Below are positions 11,221 through 21,901 of a stretch of 27,808 bases of DNA, piece by piece (positions within the stretch are counted from its first letter, which is position 1; each line of letters starts with the position of its first letter). The translations under genes were made by a program, and so were the position numbers. The notes below the pieces were generated by a model that was not told where the DNA came from, made no database searches, and saw nothing but the letters and a program-made list of their open reading frames with translations. This DNA comes from an uncultured Nitrososphaeraceae archaeon (lineage in GTDB: Archaea; Thermoproteota; Nitrososphaeria; Nitrososphaerales; Nitrososphaeraceae), in contig CAWIMJ010000020.1 of assembly GCA_963837175.1 (NCBI GenBank), positions 1-27,808 on the forward strand, given 5' to 3'.

Positions 11221-12201
11221 TAATATAATTCACTTTCTAATACAAGGGCTGCGTTTTGAATAAGTATGATATTCAAAGTATATGCAAACTGATTTATTTG
11301 AGAGCACATCATCCATCTAACTTTTTTAATTACAAATTTTTTGTTAATTGAGGTTTGTCTCTTAATATTATACAATGACAGATGTGTGTAGAATAAGCAA
11401 AAGGTTTTATTAGATATATTTTATAACTTATATGCCTTCTCTCCTCATCTTGGCCTAACATTATTGCTAATCGAAAATAGAATAGAAGTAAAGTTTCTTA
11501 TTACGATCAATAATCTAATAATCTAATACTCAAATAGATTTGAATGGTAAATCATAATACTCTATTTTGCAGGACCTATTTTTTGAAGTAACTTTAATCA
11601 AACTTTTTCTTTAGTAGAGTTATTTTTAGTGGATGACTCCTATAGAATAGAAGGAACATATTTCAGAAAGAATACATGAAAAATACGAAAGATATTTCCA
11701 GAAATGCAATTGATGATTTCATTATGATACGGATACTAACACCAAAGAAAGTAATAGTTGATGAGTATAAAAGTTCCTCTATTATCCCAAATTGATTTGC
11801 CTTTGTCTTAGGTTATAATGATTATTACATTCTCTTTAGTACATAGTTTAGATCACATAAGCCAAAAACCTTCTACACTATATTAAATGGGAAGTGTATG
11901 TACAGATGATCAAGCTGCGCTATTTAATTTTGTAATGCTATGGAGATTACCTTGAAGTAACAATTGTGGATTTCTAGTTGAAGCAAAATAACTAACAATT
12001 AAAGCGGTTGTCTCAGCTTGTTAAGTTATTTTCAATGTGCGATTGTAACTATCGACATAATTCGAAAGGTCAAGTGTATTTCCCTTTCGTCTTCTATAGT
12101 GTTGCCAATGAGTATTTGTCAGGCATAGGTTTTACTTGACATGTTATTGATAGATGACAAAGAAGGCGATGAGAAATGCTTATAGTTTCAAATTGGAGAC
12201 A

Positions 12202-12915
12202 TCAGACAACATTTGAACGTTCGTCACTTTTTGCAAGAGATCTTCTAGCAACTGACCTAGTAGAACATACGCTTTTGTAGACTTCTAAGCCTATATTCTG
12301 CAATATAAGACGAGATACTTGAATGTCTGGAATATTTTTTATTCTGAAATAATCAATACCATCATAGAAGATTGCAAAAAGACCAGAAACTGCAGCTCCA
12401 CCGAATATTGGCTTAATGTTATTATTGTCACTGTTTTTGTTATTATGAATTGTTGATATTGAATTTTTCAAGCCCTCTAAACCTCTGTTTTGTTTTTGCC
12501 TATTGAGCTGTATTCTTCCTATATCAATAAAACTATTTTCTTCTTTCTGTTCTGAGTTAAAATTTAGTACGTTGGTCAATGATTTCCCTGGTAGCTTAAT
12601 ATTACGAGTACAATCACAAAACTCACATTCCATTGTGCATTGATTCCTTAAGCGGGCATCTTTTACTTCTATCGCCTCATCAAAATATTTGTTCAACACT
12701 GGAATCTCCATAGCCATAGGATATAATCCACCTTCCAAACAATAACATATCTCAATAAAGTGTACTATGTCATTTTCATCTATTGTTGCTTCCCTCATTG
12801 CAGTCTGCATGCCTTCATAGAATATGTTACCTTTTGCAAGCGTACCTGTCTAAATAGAGTTAGCTAATCTTTGTCTTTGTTGGTGATTTAGCTTGCATTT
12901 GATGTAGTATCGCAT
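12202..12915 (-). pseudogene. Cys-rich hypothetical protein interrupted by one in-frame TAG
   Basis: The frame of ORF 12202..12810 extends 35 codons upstream to ATG 12915: MRYYIKCKLNHQQRQRLANSI*TGTLAKGNIFYEG-MQTAMRE, with TAG at 12850-12852. Contains EICYC and CTMECEFCDC. Confidence 0.7.
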
Positions 12916-13140
12916 ATTGGTTAGCTCGTGGAATTTCATTAGAGAAAAGCCATTTAAGTATATTCCTCATAAGGAACGATACTGTTTATCTTATGTTTAT
13001 GTCTCTATTTTCTTTTCCTACTTCGATATCTTCCAAGATTAAATTACAATCATACTAATCAAACAAAAGAGAATGCAAATCCATTTGTCTAAGAGAAATA
13101 ATTTTTTACATTTATTTCATGAACTGCGTATTTTTATAAT

Positions 13141-13320
13141 TTGAGTATTATTGCAGGATTTACTTCTTTAGTTGTATATGCGTTGAGTCGTGAGAGAATG
13201 AAAAGATCGCTAAATGGAGACTATTATTCAGTACTCATATTATTTGCTACAATGTTTTTGTTAGTTTGGTTCTACGGTTTTATAGTGGAATTATCATGTT
13301 ATGTCGTATATTGCTACTAA
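13141..13320 (+). CDS. Possible small two-helix membrane protein (59 aa, start uncertain)
   Basis: LSIIAGFTSLVVYAL-SRERMKRS-..YYSVLILFATMFLLVWFYGFIV: two hydrophobic segments around a basic loop. Below the ORF-track cutoff. Confidence 0.35.
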   Translation: MSIIAGFTSLVVYALSRERMKRSLNGDYYSVLILFATMFLLVWFYGFIVELSCYVVYCY

Positions 13321-13830
13321 CCCTAACAGCGATAACATAATTCAGATCAATACAGTTATCTCTTTTATGGGGATAATTACAAGCTAAATTATAAGCAATA
13401 TCCATTTGCTCCATATACAATCCTGTTATGATTGATAATGGCTTCTTAAGTGCTAGTTTAAACCAATGGATGATGCGAGCTTTCTTCTGTTAGCCGCACT
13501 GTCGGAAACCTTACAATATTAGAGAGCAAGTAAAGATAATAATTATTCATATTATATAGCACAAACATAATAAAATATTTGCATTTTTTGAATTTTTTAA
13601 AATAGAAGTTATAATAACATTAGTCGTCATAATAATGTATTATATGTTAATTTCGGCTTATAATCGTGTAAAATAAGAAGACTAGTAATATAATTATAAT
13701 TGAAGACATCACTTTTAATTACCAAGAATCAATACAGAGGAAGTACCGCTACACATATAATCAAATTTGGTTCGTTGCAGTTTCTCTATCGCTTTAGGCT
13801 TTTCTATATACTATTATGTACATTATAGAC

Positions 13831-13971
13831 ATGAGTATAAACATGAGTAATAATAAAGATCGTGGTGAAAAATCAGATGAAGCCTCAACAGATGTATCTG
13901 CATCATTTACCTGTGACGAATGTGGCAAGACTTTTAATTCTCGACAAGAGTTAAAGGAGCACACTCATTAA
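13831..13971 (+). CDS. Single C2H2-type zinc-finger micro-protein (46 aa, C-terminus possibly frameshifted)
   Basis: MSINMSNNKDRGEKSDEASTDVSASFTCDECGKTFNSRQELKEHTH* matches F-x-C-x2-C-x3-F-x5-L-x2-H. Absent from the ORF track. Confidence 0.78.
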   Translation: MSINMSNNKDRGEKSDEASTDVSASFTCDECGKTFNSRQELKEHTH

Positions 13972-14206
13972 TTAATGGTCACAACTAACACTTTAGCATT
14001 CTTAATTTTTATATTTGTCTCTCAACCTGATGTACTATAGGAAGTTCTAACGGTTAAACTGAAAGACTATCATATTAAAAAAATACAACAATTTCGTGTG
14101 TCCTGTTCGAGTTTCGGACTAGATTTCAATAACTTTCATATGGAAGTATATTATATTTCAGGTTTGATATTTTTATGATTCCGCTAATATAATGAGGCTG
14201 TCGGTA

Positions 14207-14441
14207 CTATTCATTATCGTATTTGTTAGTATGGTGTAAAGCTAACGAAGTCGTTTCAGAGATATAGCTAGTATACTCGCCTGCTCTGAACAGAACATCT
14301 CTTGTGTAGATAGCTGATTAGATCGAAAGCCTCTATAATCTACTCCAAATATTCTTCTGGCGTACATGTCTTCATATCAATTTACCGATTTTCCAACTAT
14401 ACTTTATAAGCCCTATTTTCAAGGTATCATCTACCACTCAT
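14207..14441 (-). pseudogene. Possible decayed small gene
   Basis: From ATG 14441: MSGR*YLENRAYKV*LENR*IDMKTCTPEEYLE*IIEAFDL, then in a shifted frame AIYTRDVLFRAGEYTSYISETTSLALHHTNKYDNE*. Protein-like composition only. Confidence 0.3.
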
Positions 14442-14696
14442 ATGTAAGAAACTTATATTAGTCATCGATACCTCCTTGTATTCTAATTATGCTAACTTGG
14501 GAGAATATACAATTTGTACTCTAAATTGAGTTTTGTTATTTGCGTGAGCACACATCTGCTCAGAGTTAGCGATTGTAAATATAAAAGAAGCTAAAAAGAG
14601 GCATTATTAAAAAACCATGCTAAAGATAGCAAAAAGTGCTAAATAGATTCAAAGATACAGTCGTAATATTGCAAGCCCAAAAAGTGCATCGGCTAA

Positions 14697-15836
14697 TTAT
14701 TCTCGATAGACCGTTCTTCCCTCTGCAATCACTAATATTGGATAATTAGACAACGAGAATGGATCTCCATTCCAAACAACTAACGATGCTTTAAAGCCAG
14801 CTCTAACTTGTCCTATATTCTGTGCACCGATAATTTCTGCAGCCTCTTTACTAATTTTAGATATTGCATGAGCTTTGGATAGACCAAATCGGAGCAGATG
14901 TCTTAAGCTATAAAAGATATTTCTCTGAAGAATAACTGGATGGTCGCTCATGATAGCGAATTTTGCACCAGAATTCAATAATTTTTCTGCATTTCTCCAA
15001 CTTTCATGTTTCAATTCTACCTTGTAAGGAAATGAATCCATAGGTCCATAGATTATTGGTACTGAAGATGCTTTTAATGCTGTAAAAACCTCCTCCCTAT
15101 GTACATCGACACAATGATTTGCAATAGCTTTTATTCCGAACTCTTTTATTATTTGAAGCAACACCATTATATCATCTTCTTTATGAACATGAACCATCAT
15201 CTTGAGTTTGTTTGAAAGTATATCCATGAATAACTCTGTTTGTGGTTCTACTTCATCAATGACTTTCTTTCCTTTTTCTATGAGCTTTTGCATCTTTCTT
15301 GCTTTATTGAAATTTTCTCTGAGCATTGCTACAGCACCCATACGTGTTGATGGTCTATCTCCCTTCCACTCAACGGTACTTCGAGGGTTATAGCCTAATG
15401 CGGCTTTAATTCCAACATCCATGAGATAAGCTTTCTCAATATCTTGAACAAAATTGCGTATAAAGACAGCCTTCCCAGCGATGATATTACCGCTACCTGG
15501 CAAAACTGTTGAATATAGAATGCCACTTTCGACTGATTCTTTGAATGCTGGGTCATCCATGTATACACTATGTAACGCGTTTACCAAAGGATACACCGAG
15601 TTCATATGTTCATTAGCTTCCTCTTCTCTATCCGGCTCTCCAGATCTTACCAGCCCGATATGACTATGTGAATCAATGAATGCTGGTGTAACAACGACAT
15701 CTTCTGCAATTATCTCACCACCTTCCTCAGGTTGGCTACTTCCCACATATTTTATTTCATCATCTTCAAACCCTATAAAATAATCCTGTTTTTCGTCAAC
15801 ACCATTATACAATAGCTTGGATTTAATTAATTTCAT
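14697..15836 (-). CDS. Metal-dependent amidohydrolase (HutI-like superfamily)
   Basis: TPAFIDSHSHIG (HxH), IKAALGYNP (bridging Lys), MVHVH, ANHC, SDHP and C-terminal GQVRAGFKASLVVWNGDPF. Confidence 0.92.
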   Translation of the reverse strand: MKLIKSKLLYNGVDEKQDYFIGFEDDEIKYVGSSQPEEGGEIIAEDVVVTPAFIDSHSHIGLVRSGEPDREEEANEHMNSVYPLVNALHSVYMDDPAFKESVESGILYSTVLPGSGNIIAGKAVFIRNFVQDIEKAYLMDVGIKAALGYNPRSTVEWKGDRPSTRMGAVAMLRENFNKARKMQKLIEKGKKVIDEVEPQTELFMDILSNKLKMMVHVHKEDDIMVLLQIIKEFGIKAIANHCVDVHREEVFTALKASSVPIIYGPMDSFPYKVELKHESWRNAEKLLNSGAKFAIMSDHPVILQRNIFYSLRHLLRFGLSKAHAISKISKEAAEIIGAQNIGQVRAGFKASLVVWNGDPFSLSNYPILVIAEGRTVYRE

Positions 15837-16364
15837 AAATATTAGATAAATCTGAGCTTTTTCTCATTCTTAAAGCTATAGCCATGATATTCTGCTATTG
15901 ATTACCTTTACAAATACAAGCAAGAATTACGTCCCTCTGGATCTGCTTTAATTTTTACACTTTAAGTGCTACACATATTTATGATTTAGTTCAACTTTGG
16001 CCATTTTGGTATACTGTAAAATTCTCAAGATAATATTGTCTTCTATTTCTAGAGGGGAAGGTTAGATACTCGATTAAAGGCAATCATTTGATACCATGTG
16101 ATAAAATGTATTAAAACTATTTGGCAGCAACTTTGAATCGTTCCTGGTAAATCAAGAGTATTATTAAACTTTATTCAAATATAAAATTATATTCCATTGC
16201 TCTTTACAATTTGATGAATAATCTTATCGAATCGTATACAGTTGATAGGTCACTTCAAATCTTTACCAAAATATTAAATCAATTAAAGGTTAGGAGCATA
16301 TCCTATTCAAGAAATTATAGATACCTAAATGATATTGATGTCGTGTATATAATATTGGATTACA

Positions 16365-16511
16365 ATGAGCGTAGAAAAGAAAAGGAGATGAAATAAAAGA
16401 AGAAAAAATGAACAATAAGATAGTGAATAGGAATAATTAGATGAGATGTAGGGAGAAGATGCGGATGACAATGAAGAAGAAGAGGGACTAGATGGGAGAG
16501 TAGTTGAATAA
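16365..16511 (+). pseudogene. Decayed small acidic protein
   Basis: One frame 16410-16511 reads EQ*DSE*E*LDEM*GEDADDNEEEEGLDGRVVE*. ATG 16365 lies upstream in another frame; a T-run follows. Confidence 0.4.
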
Positions 16512-16644
16512 TAATTTTTTTTCTCTGTATATCTATAGTGAGATATATTTATTATATCATTAGATTATTTCCGATATTTTATCCCTATTTTAGTAAACTA
16601 CTTAATAGTTATCCTCAACCAAACGGATACCAAATTAAGTTTAG

Positions 16645-17531
16645 TTGAAATACTATATAGGATGCTCTGGATGGAGCTATACTGCTTGGCAAGAACCATT
16701 CTATCCTTCTGATATGAAGAACTCCAAATAATTTGAATTTTACTCAATTTTTTGAGTATGTTGAAAATGATTCTTCATTCTACAATAATCCTTCTATATT
16801 GATAGTTAAAAAATGGCTAAAAAAAACTCAGGACAATTTTAGATTTACTGCTAAATTTCCAAAAGTTATTACACATGACAAATGTTTGAAGAATGTAGAT
16901 AAAGAATTAGAACTATTCAAAACTATCAACTCTTCATATGATAAAACTCTAGCTCTATTAATTCAGTTATCTCCTTCTCCGGAAATAGTAGATGGATTAC
17001 AACCACTTAGAGAACCTGTACGTATATTAGATAACAGATTCAGATATGCTGTACAAGTTAAAACCCCAATCTTGGTTCCAAGACTTCGTACAATTTCTTT
17101 GCTAATAACAATATATGTATGGTGTGGAATCAAATTGTTGGTATAAGAACTCCACCAATAGTCACCGCGGATTTTCTGTATCTAAGATTCATAGGATATA
17201 GAAGGTTACTAGAGAAAGACTTTGGAAGATTACAGAAGGATAGAAATCCTAAAATGCGGATATGGGTAAACAGAATTAAAAGGGCAGGGAGGTATATGAT
17301 GATGAACAAGAAAACAACCGTTTTAGCCTTGCAATAGTAGCAGCAAACAACCACTGTGCTGGATTTGAACCAGTATATGCAAACATACTTAGGAAAATGG
17401 TGGATCTAACAGAAGTTGCGTGGGATCAGAAATATAAAGGACAACAAGAAATTAGTAATAGCAATTCATATGTCTCTTATTTAAAGAGCAAGAAGAAGGC
17501 ACTAAGAACATTCACTGATTTTTTCCAATGA
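16645..17531 (+). pseudogene. DUF72 (YecE-like) protein, several frameshifts and a nonsense codon
   Basis: YIGCSGWSY..W..PFYP, EYVENDSSFY, FRFTAKFPKVITHDK, LLIQLSPS, TADFLYLRFIG and IVAANNHCAGF are spread over different frames; ends KALRTFTDFFQ*. Confidence 0.9.
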
Positions 17532-17796
17532 ACAGCTCATATTATTATTATCCCCATCATTCTATTTTAGTATGAAAAATCTTTAATTAATAATAATCTC
17601 TATTTTTTTCTTTGTAACGCCTTAAGTTTGATATCTTGTATATATATGCGGTTAACAATTTAGTATGAGAAATAGTGGTGCCGATAGAAGCTTATAAAGA
17701 CGTTTGTCATGCTAATCAGATAGGATACCAATTGCATTTACTTTACTTCTATTCAATAAAAAATGAGTTTTGGATTGTCCAATCTAATAATGAAGC

Positions 17797-18357
17797 TCAT
17801 CCTAACAAACCATGAGTACTGCATTTCCAATCAGAAAGCTCTACACCAAAATTACACTTTATTTCTACATTGGCAAAATTTGATTTCATGGATGACTGGA
17901 TCGCTTTCTGGATTTCAGTACTAATTTTCTGATTTATGGTAGCTTTATCTGCGAATGGATTCGCAAGAGTAGAAGGTTGAGCAGAAGAAGAACTTGTTTC
18001 TCCGCCAGCACTGATTTGCGCCGAAAGTTTCACATAGCCAATCGTTGGTGAGCTATCATAATCCTTTGTGATTGTAGATATAACTAAATTACTTGTATTT
18101 TTTATCGAAGCAAGATTACCTAATATTGTATATGAAGTATCAAATGTTCCTATACTAGAAGATCCTGAAGATATCGTATAAGAGTTCGTTGTAACTTTTG
18201 TTATATACAAAGAGGAAGAAGAGGCAGATGGGAATGTCTGCGCGAATATACGCATGTGTTGCGACATCTGGAAAAGATTCTCTACAGCCACAATAGAGAT
18301 GGATGGTACTATTATTACCGTTAATACGATTGCGATAAAGTGCTTTTTGTCATTCAT
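17797..18357 (-). CDS. Secreted or membrane-anchored Ser/Thr-rich hypothetical protein
   Basis: Probable start MNDKKHFIAIVLTVIIVPSISIVAV (signal-like). Conserved-looking DYDSSPTIGY and LANPFA, and a C-terminal Cys pair CNFG..LSDWKC. Confidence 0.7.
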   Translation of the reverse strand: MNDKKHFIAIVLTVIIVPSISIVAVENLFQMSQHMRIFAQTFPSASSSSLYITKVTTNSYTISSGSSSIGTFDTSYTILGNLASIKNTSNLVISTITKDYDSSPTIGYVKLSAQISAGGETSSSSAQPSTLANPFADKATINQKISTEIQKAIQSSMKSNFANVEIKCNFGVELSDWKCSTHGLLG

Positions 18358-19178
18358 ATAAAACACAAATAGAGATAGAAGTATATATTTATGATGTAAC
18401 ATATAGTTTTATAAATATAACGGTTTACATATTACTTTTGTAATGTAGCTCGATCAATTTGAATTTCTCTTAAGAAACTATTACAAAAAAATAAACGCTG
18501 ACCATAACTTATCTTGACAAAAAATCTAAAGATTAACATATCAGAAATTTTCAAACAACAAGTTAATATTAGAGTTTGGGTGGATGAAAGTAAAAATAGT
18601 GAAGGAAGCAATGTGATATCTCATAATATTCACTGCTGTTTGTACTGCATCTTGTTAAGAATGGGCCAGAGGCTGTCGCTACTGCTTCCAGAAGAATTAT
18701 AAGCGATTATATGCTTCTATATCGTAAACAATCATATATTTCATCTATCTTTTGATACTATAGATATATAAAAGATCGATTAGTTTATTGTGCAGTTAGG
18801 CACACGCTGTAATTGGGGAAGGAAATCTTGGCATAAGCAAGATGTGCTGGCATAATTACTATTATTGTTACCATGTTTAATATAGCCTTAAAGGATACTT
18901 ATTACAACTGATGTATGATGCATATGATGTTATTCTCTATTTTTTATAATATTTTAGATAGATCAGAGGAGATTGAATTACTTTAAAAGATACAAAATAT
19001 GGCAAAAATTTAGAGGCTCATGTAGTTTGTATAAGAAAATAACTAGTATATCTTTTACCTTCCTTTATGGACAACTACGATATTGCAATTTTCTAATCAA
19101 TCATTGATCAGACAAAGAATGCAAGTATTCAGTTCAAAAGCATCGTTTGGCCTCGTACATAATATTCACTTTATAGCT

Positions 19179-19598
19179 TTATTCTCCTATTATCTGCAAT
19201 ATGATCTTGCGTTCTCTCTGCCTTGTATCTGTTTCTAACAAGATTATTTGCTGCCAAGTGCCTAGTATTAAATCGCCATCTTTAAACGGAATAGTCAAGC
19301 TGGGTCCTATCAAAGATGCTCTAACATGAGAATGTCCGTTTCCATCACGCCAGGTATTATCATGTTCATACTCAATATCTTTCGGAGCAATCCTAGACAG
19401 CATTCTTGGAAAGTCTTGTGTGAGTCCAGGTTCATACTCTATAGTTGTTATTGCTGCAGTTGAACCTGAAACAAAAACTGTAACAATTCCATCTTTCAGT
19501 TTACTCTCTTCAACTGCTTTTGATGTTTCTCCGGTAATGTCTATCATATCGTTCTCGCCTCTTGTTTTAATGCGAGTAGTTTTAGTTATAACAGTCAT
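19179..19598 (-). CDS. yjbQ: YjbQ/UPF0047 family protein (secondary thiamine-phosphate synthase)
   Basis: MIDIT, GSTAAITTIEYEPGL, YEHD..DGNGHSHVRASLIGPS and LGTWQQI. Likely start ATG 19598. Confidence 0.92.
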   Translation of the reverse strand: MTVITKTTRIKTRGENDMIDITGETSKAVEESKLKDGIVTVFVSGSTAAITTIEYEPGLTQDFPRMLSRIAPKDIEYEHDNTWRDGNGHSHVRASLIGPSLTIPFKDGDLILGTWQQIILLETDTRQRERKIILQIIGE

Positions 19599-19671
19599 AC
19601 CCTTGTATGATCCTCCTAGATTTTGAATCACTTATGAATTAAACAGTCCAACAGTCCTCTTATTCAAAATC

Positions 19672-19925
19672 CTATAAAAAATCCCTTACAAAAGGTATCA
19701 GACCTACATCAATGTATTTCTTTAGTCTTGTTTTCACCTTTTTTCTAAATTACCTATTGTTGATATGACCCTGTTCTGCCTCTCTTATCTCCGTCATACC
19801 GAGGAGGAGGTTTTTATTTTGTTGCTTGATGGCCTCCTCCTATACTTGCTCATCTGTTTTGCTCAACCAATAGAAAATCAATACTGAATACTTTTTTCTA
19901 ATTCTATCCAATAAAAGTACAAGGC
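19672..19925 (-). pseudogene. Possible decayed gene fragment
   Basis: One frame reads LVLLLDRIRKKYSVLIFYWLSKTDEQV*EEAIKQQNKNLLLGMTEIREAEQGHINNR*FRKKVKTRLKKYIDVGLIPFVRDFL*. Family not recognised; boundaries approximate. Confidence 0.3.
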
Positions 19926-20876
19926 TGTTTTAGAAGAGAAGTTTTTTTGGGACCTTATACGATGACCGCAAGGATAAATATATCTATCCGGATGTTTTAG
20001 TATAATCTTTATTTGATATTTCTACCCTGAGCGACCAACTATTGTAACGCGAATGGGTTTTTGAACAGGTTTCAAGTTGCATACTGTATTTTTAATTGAA
20101 GAATATTGAGCTGTGAATGTGGGTTTTTCTCTTTATCTCCTTATCATGCAGCATTACTAATAATGTTTATATCTTCTTCAAGCTGCCTTATTCTTATCAG
20201 TGAATGAAGTTGGAGAGTCATGAAGATGCTGCCTATATCTTTCCTTCTGTCGTCACCGTGCTACTATTTGAAGCTCTAGTCTACCATTATTTATAATGTC
20301 TAGAGTCTAGAACATCTTTGCAAAAATGCAGGATGCTACATCATTATGTAGCTGTAACTCAAAATCGTATGATTGGCAATTATTTTTTTAAATCCTGTTT
20401 ATTCTAAAATATTTGTTTGGGATGGGAATGCGTAGAAGCACAAAACAATTCGGCATATTTAGAATGTTAGCCATTTCTGGTTATAAGCACTATCCTTCTA
20501 TGATGATGATACTTTGGTATAATAATGCAATAATAATAAGATCAATTGAAGAGGTTATTATACTTCCAGCTCATAGAGAAGAGCTAAGTTAAATGATTAA
20601 AAATGATTGGTAAAATTGCGATTATTTTGACTATCTGTAAATGGAAAAAGTAATTTGAATGTGCATATATGAAAGATATATGCATTTAATTTTTTCTTTA
20701 AATATGCTTATTATAAAAGAGCAGTGTATCTACAACCATTACCTGACTATATTAAATAAATATAAATAATTATCTATACATGATGACCACCTTTTTTATA
20801 ACTAAATTAATAGTTTTTTTTACTAACTCTTATTGTAAATAAGAGTAGACGAGGACTTGAGTATTAGATTATATGA

Positions 20877-21359
20877 TCATTTTTTTATTTTGTTTCTTCT
20901 TCTCTTTGTCCATAGATGTCGTTTGTTATTTAAAACTTCGAAGTTTTCGTATATGTGTGGCCTCTCTTTACGCATTCCTTCCACAATAGATTTAGCTTTT
21001 TGCCAATAAGGGTTAGGATTAAAAACATCGAAATACATGTTTTGGTCTATTAATCGTGTATTAACTAACACTCCAGATAACTCAAAAAAGCCACAAATTG
21101 CAGTAAAATGAAACAAGCCTTCAGATGTCTCATGATATTTTTGTTGATATGCATCGTAACTTTCTACATCTAATTTATGAAGAAACCAAATCATAGATTC
21201 TCTATGACGATCATAGATATCGTATAGTTTCAACAATGTATCTGCTTCGTCTTTTTTATTCAACCTTGTTCGTACACTTAATGGTAAAGTGGTGTTAAAA
21301 CATTTCTCCCTATAATATCTGCCAACTTTTTTATTTACTAGATATTTCCTATCTGACAT
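20877..21359 (-). CDS. Helical hypothetical protein, DUF4760-like (true start may be TTG 21263)
   Basis: GFFELSGVLVNTRLID..YFD...PYWQKAKSIVEGMR...IYENFEVL resembles the DUF4760 pattern from memory. Confidence 0.65.
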   Translation of the reverse strand: MSDRKYLVNKKVGRYYREKCFNTTLPLSVRTRLNKKDEADTLLKLYDIYDRHRESMIWFLHKLDVESYDAYQQKYHETSEGLFHFTAICGFFELSGVLVNTRLIDQNMYFDVFNPNPYWQKAKSIVEGMRKERPHIYENFEVLNNKRHLWTKRRRNKIKK

Positions 21360-21860
21360 GCTGGGTTGAGAGTTGAATGCTTTTGTTCTATATTCCTCCT
21401 GATTTCATCAACGCCCGTATCTATTCAAAATTTGATCCCTCATTTCAAGATATATCAGTTATTGGAAAATAATACTCTCGGAAGATAGCATTCATACACA
21501 TATGTAAGTATCTGCAAAAAGGAAAAGATTGTAGATCAGATTAATCATTTTAACAGTCTTGATTTTTTCCATTTTCTGATAATATTATTAAGATTGTTTA
21601 TAATCCAAAAAACTAACCGCAGGATAGCGACCGATTAGTACCAAGCGTAAAGGAGCCGCAGCAGATAAAGATAAACCGAAACGAAGTTCTGTAAATTCTT
21701 AAATGTGCATCTCTTTGATATCCTTATAGGAACATTCTGTTTCTTATTCTGATTTCTATAATCCCAAGGACCATCGGATGCCATTTTGGATAATATATTT
21801 TGTATTTGTGTATTTGTTGTTATAATCGCTGATAACGGACAAATAGCTTTTATGCAAATT

Positions 21861-21880
21861 TAGAAATAACTATTTTAAAA
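21861..21880 (+). promoter_or_regulatory. Putative archaeal BRE/TATA promoter of the amidase gene
   Basis: Purine-rich GAAATAAC followed by TTTTAAAA ending about 21 nt before ATG 21902, consistent with a leaderless transcript. Confidence 0.4.
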
Positions 21881-21901
21881 GTTGGTAACTATATCAGAAT
21901 A

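Noticed and set aside
11511-11528. Tandem TAATCTAA duplication
   Set aside because: Only two short copies; simple slippage, not an array.
6296-18702. Short free-standing ORFs 6296, 6415, 8231, 9961, 16211 and 18514
   Set aside because: No recognisable motifs, and composition is as expected for chance ORFs in AT-rich DNA. The start of 6415 could be a gene fragment, but I cannot support it.
19802-19841. AGGAGGAGG...CCTCCTCCT hairpin as a riboswitch or RBS-sequestering element
   Set aside because: Low-complexity arms, no + strand gene downstream, and it lies inside a probable decayed reading frame.
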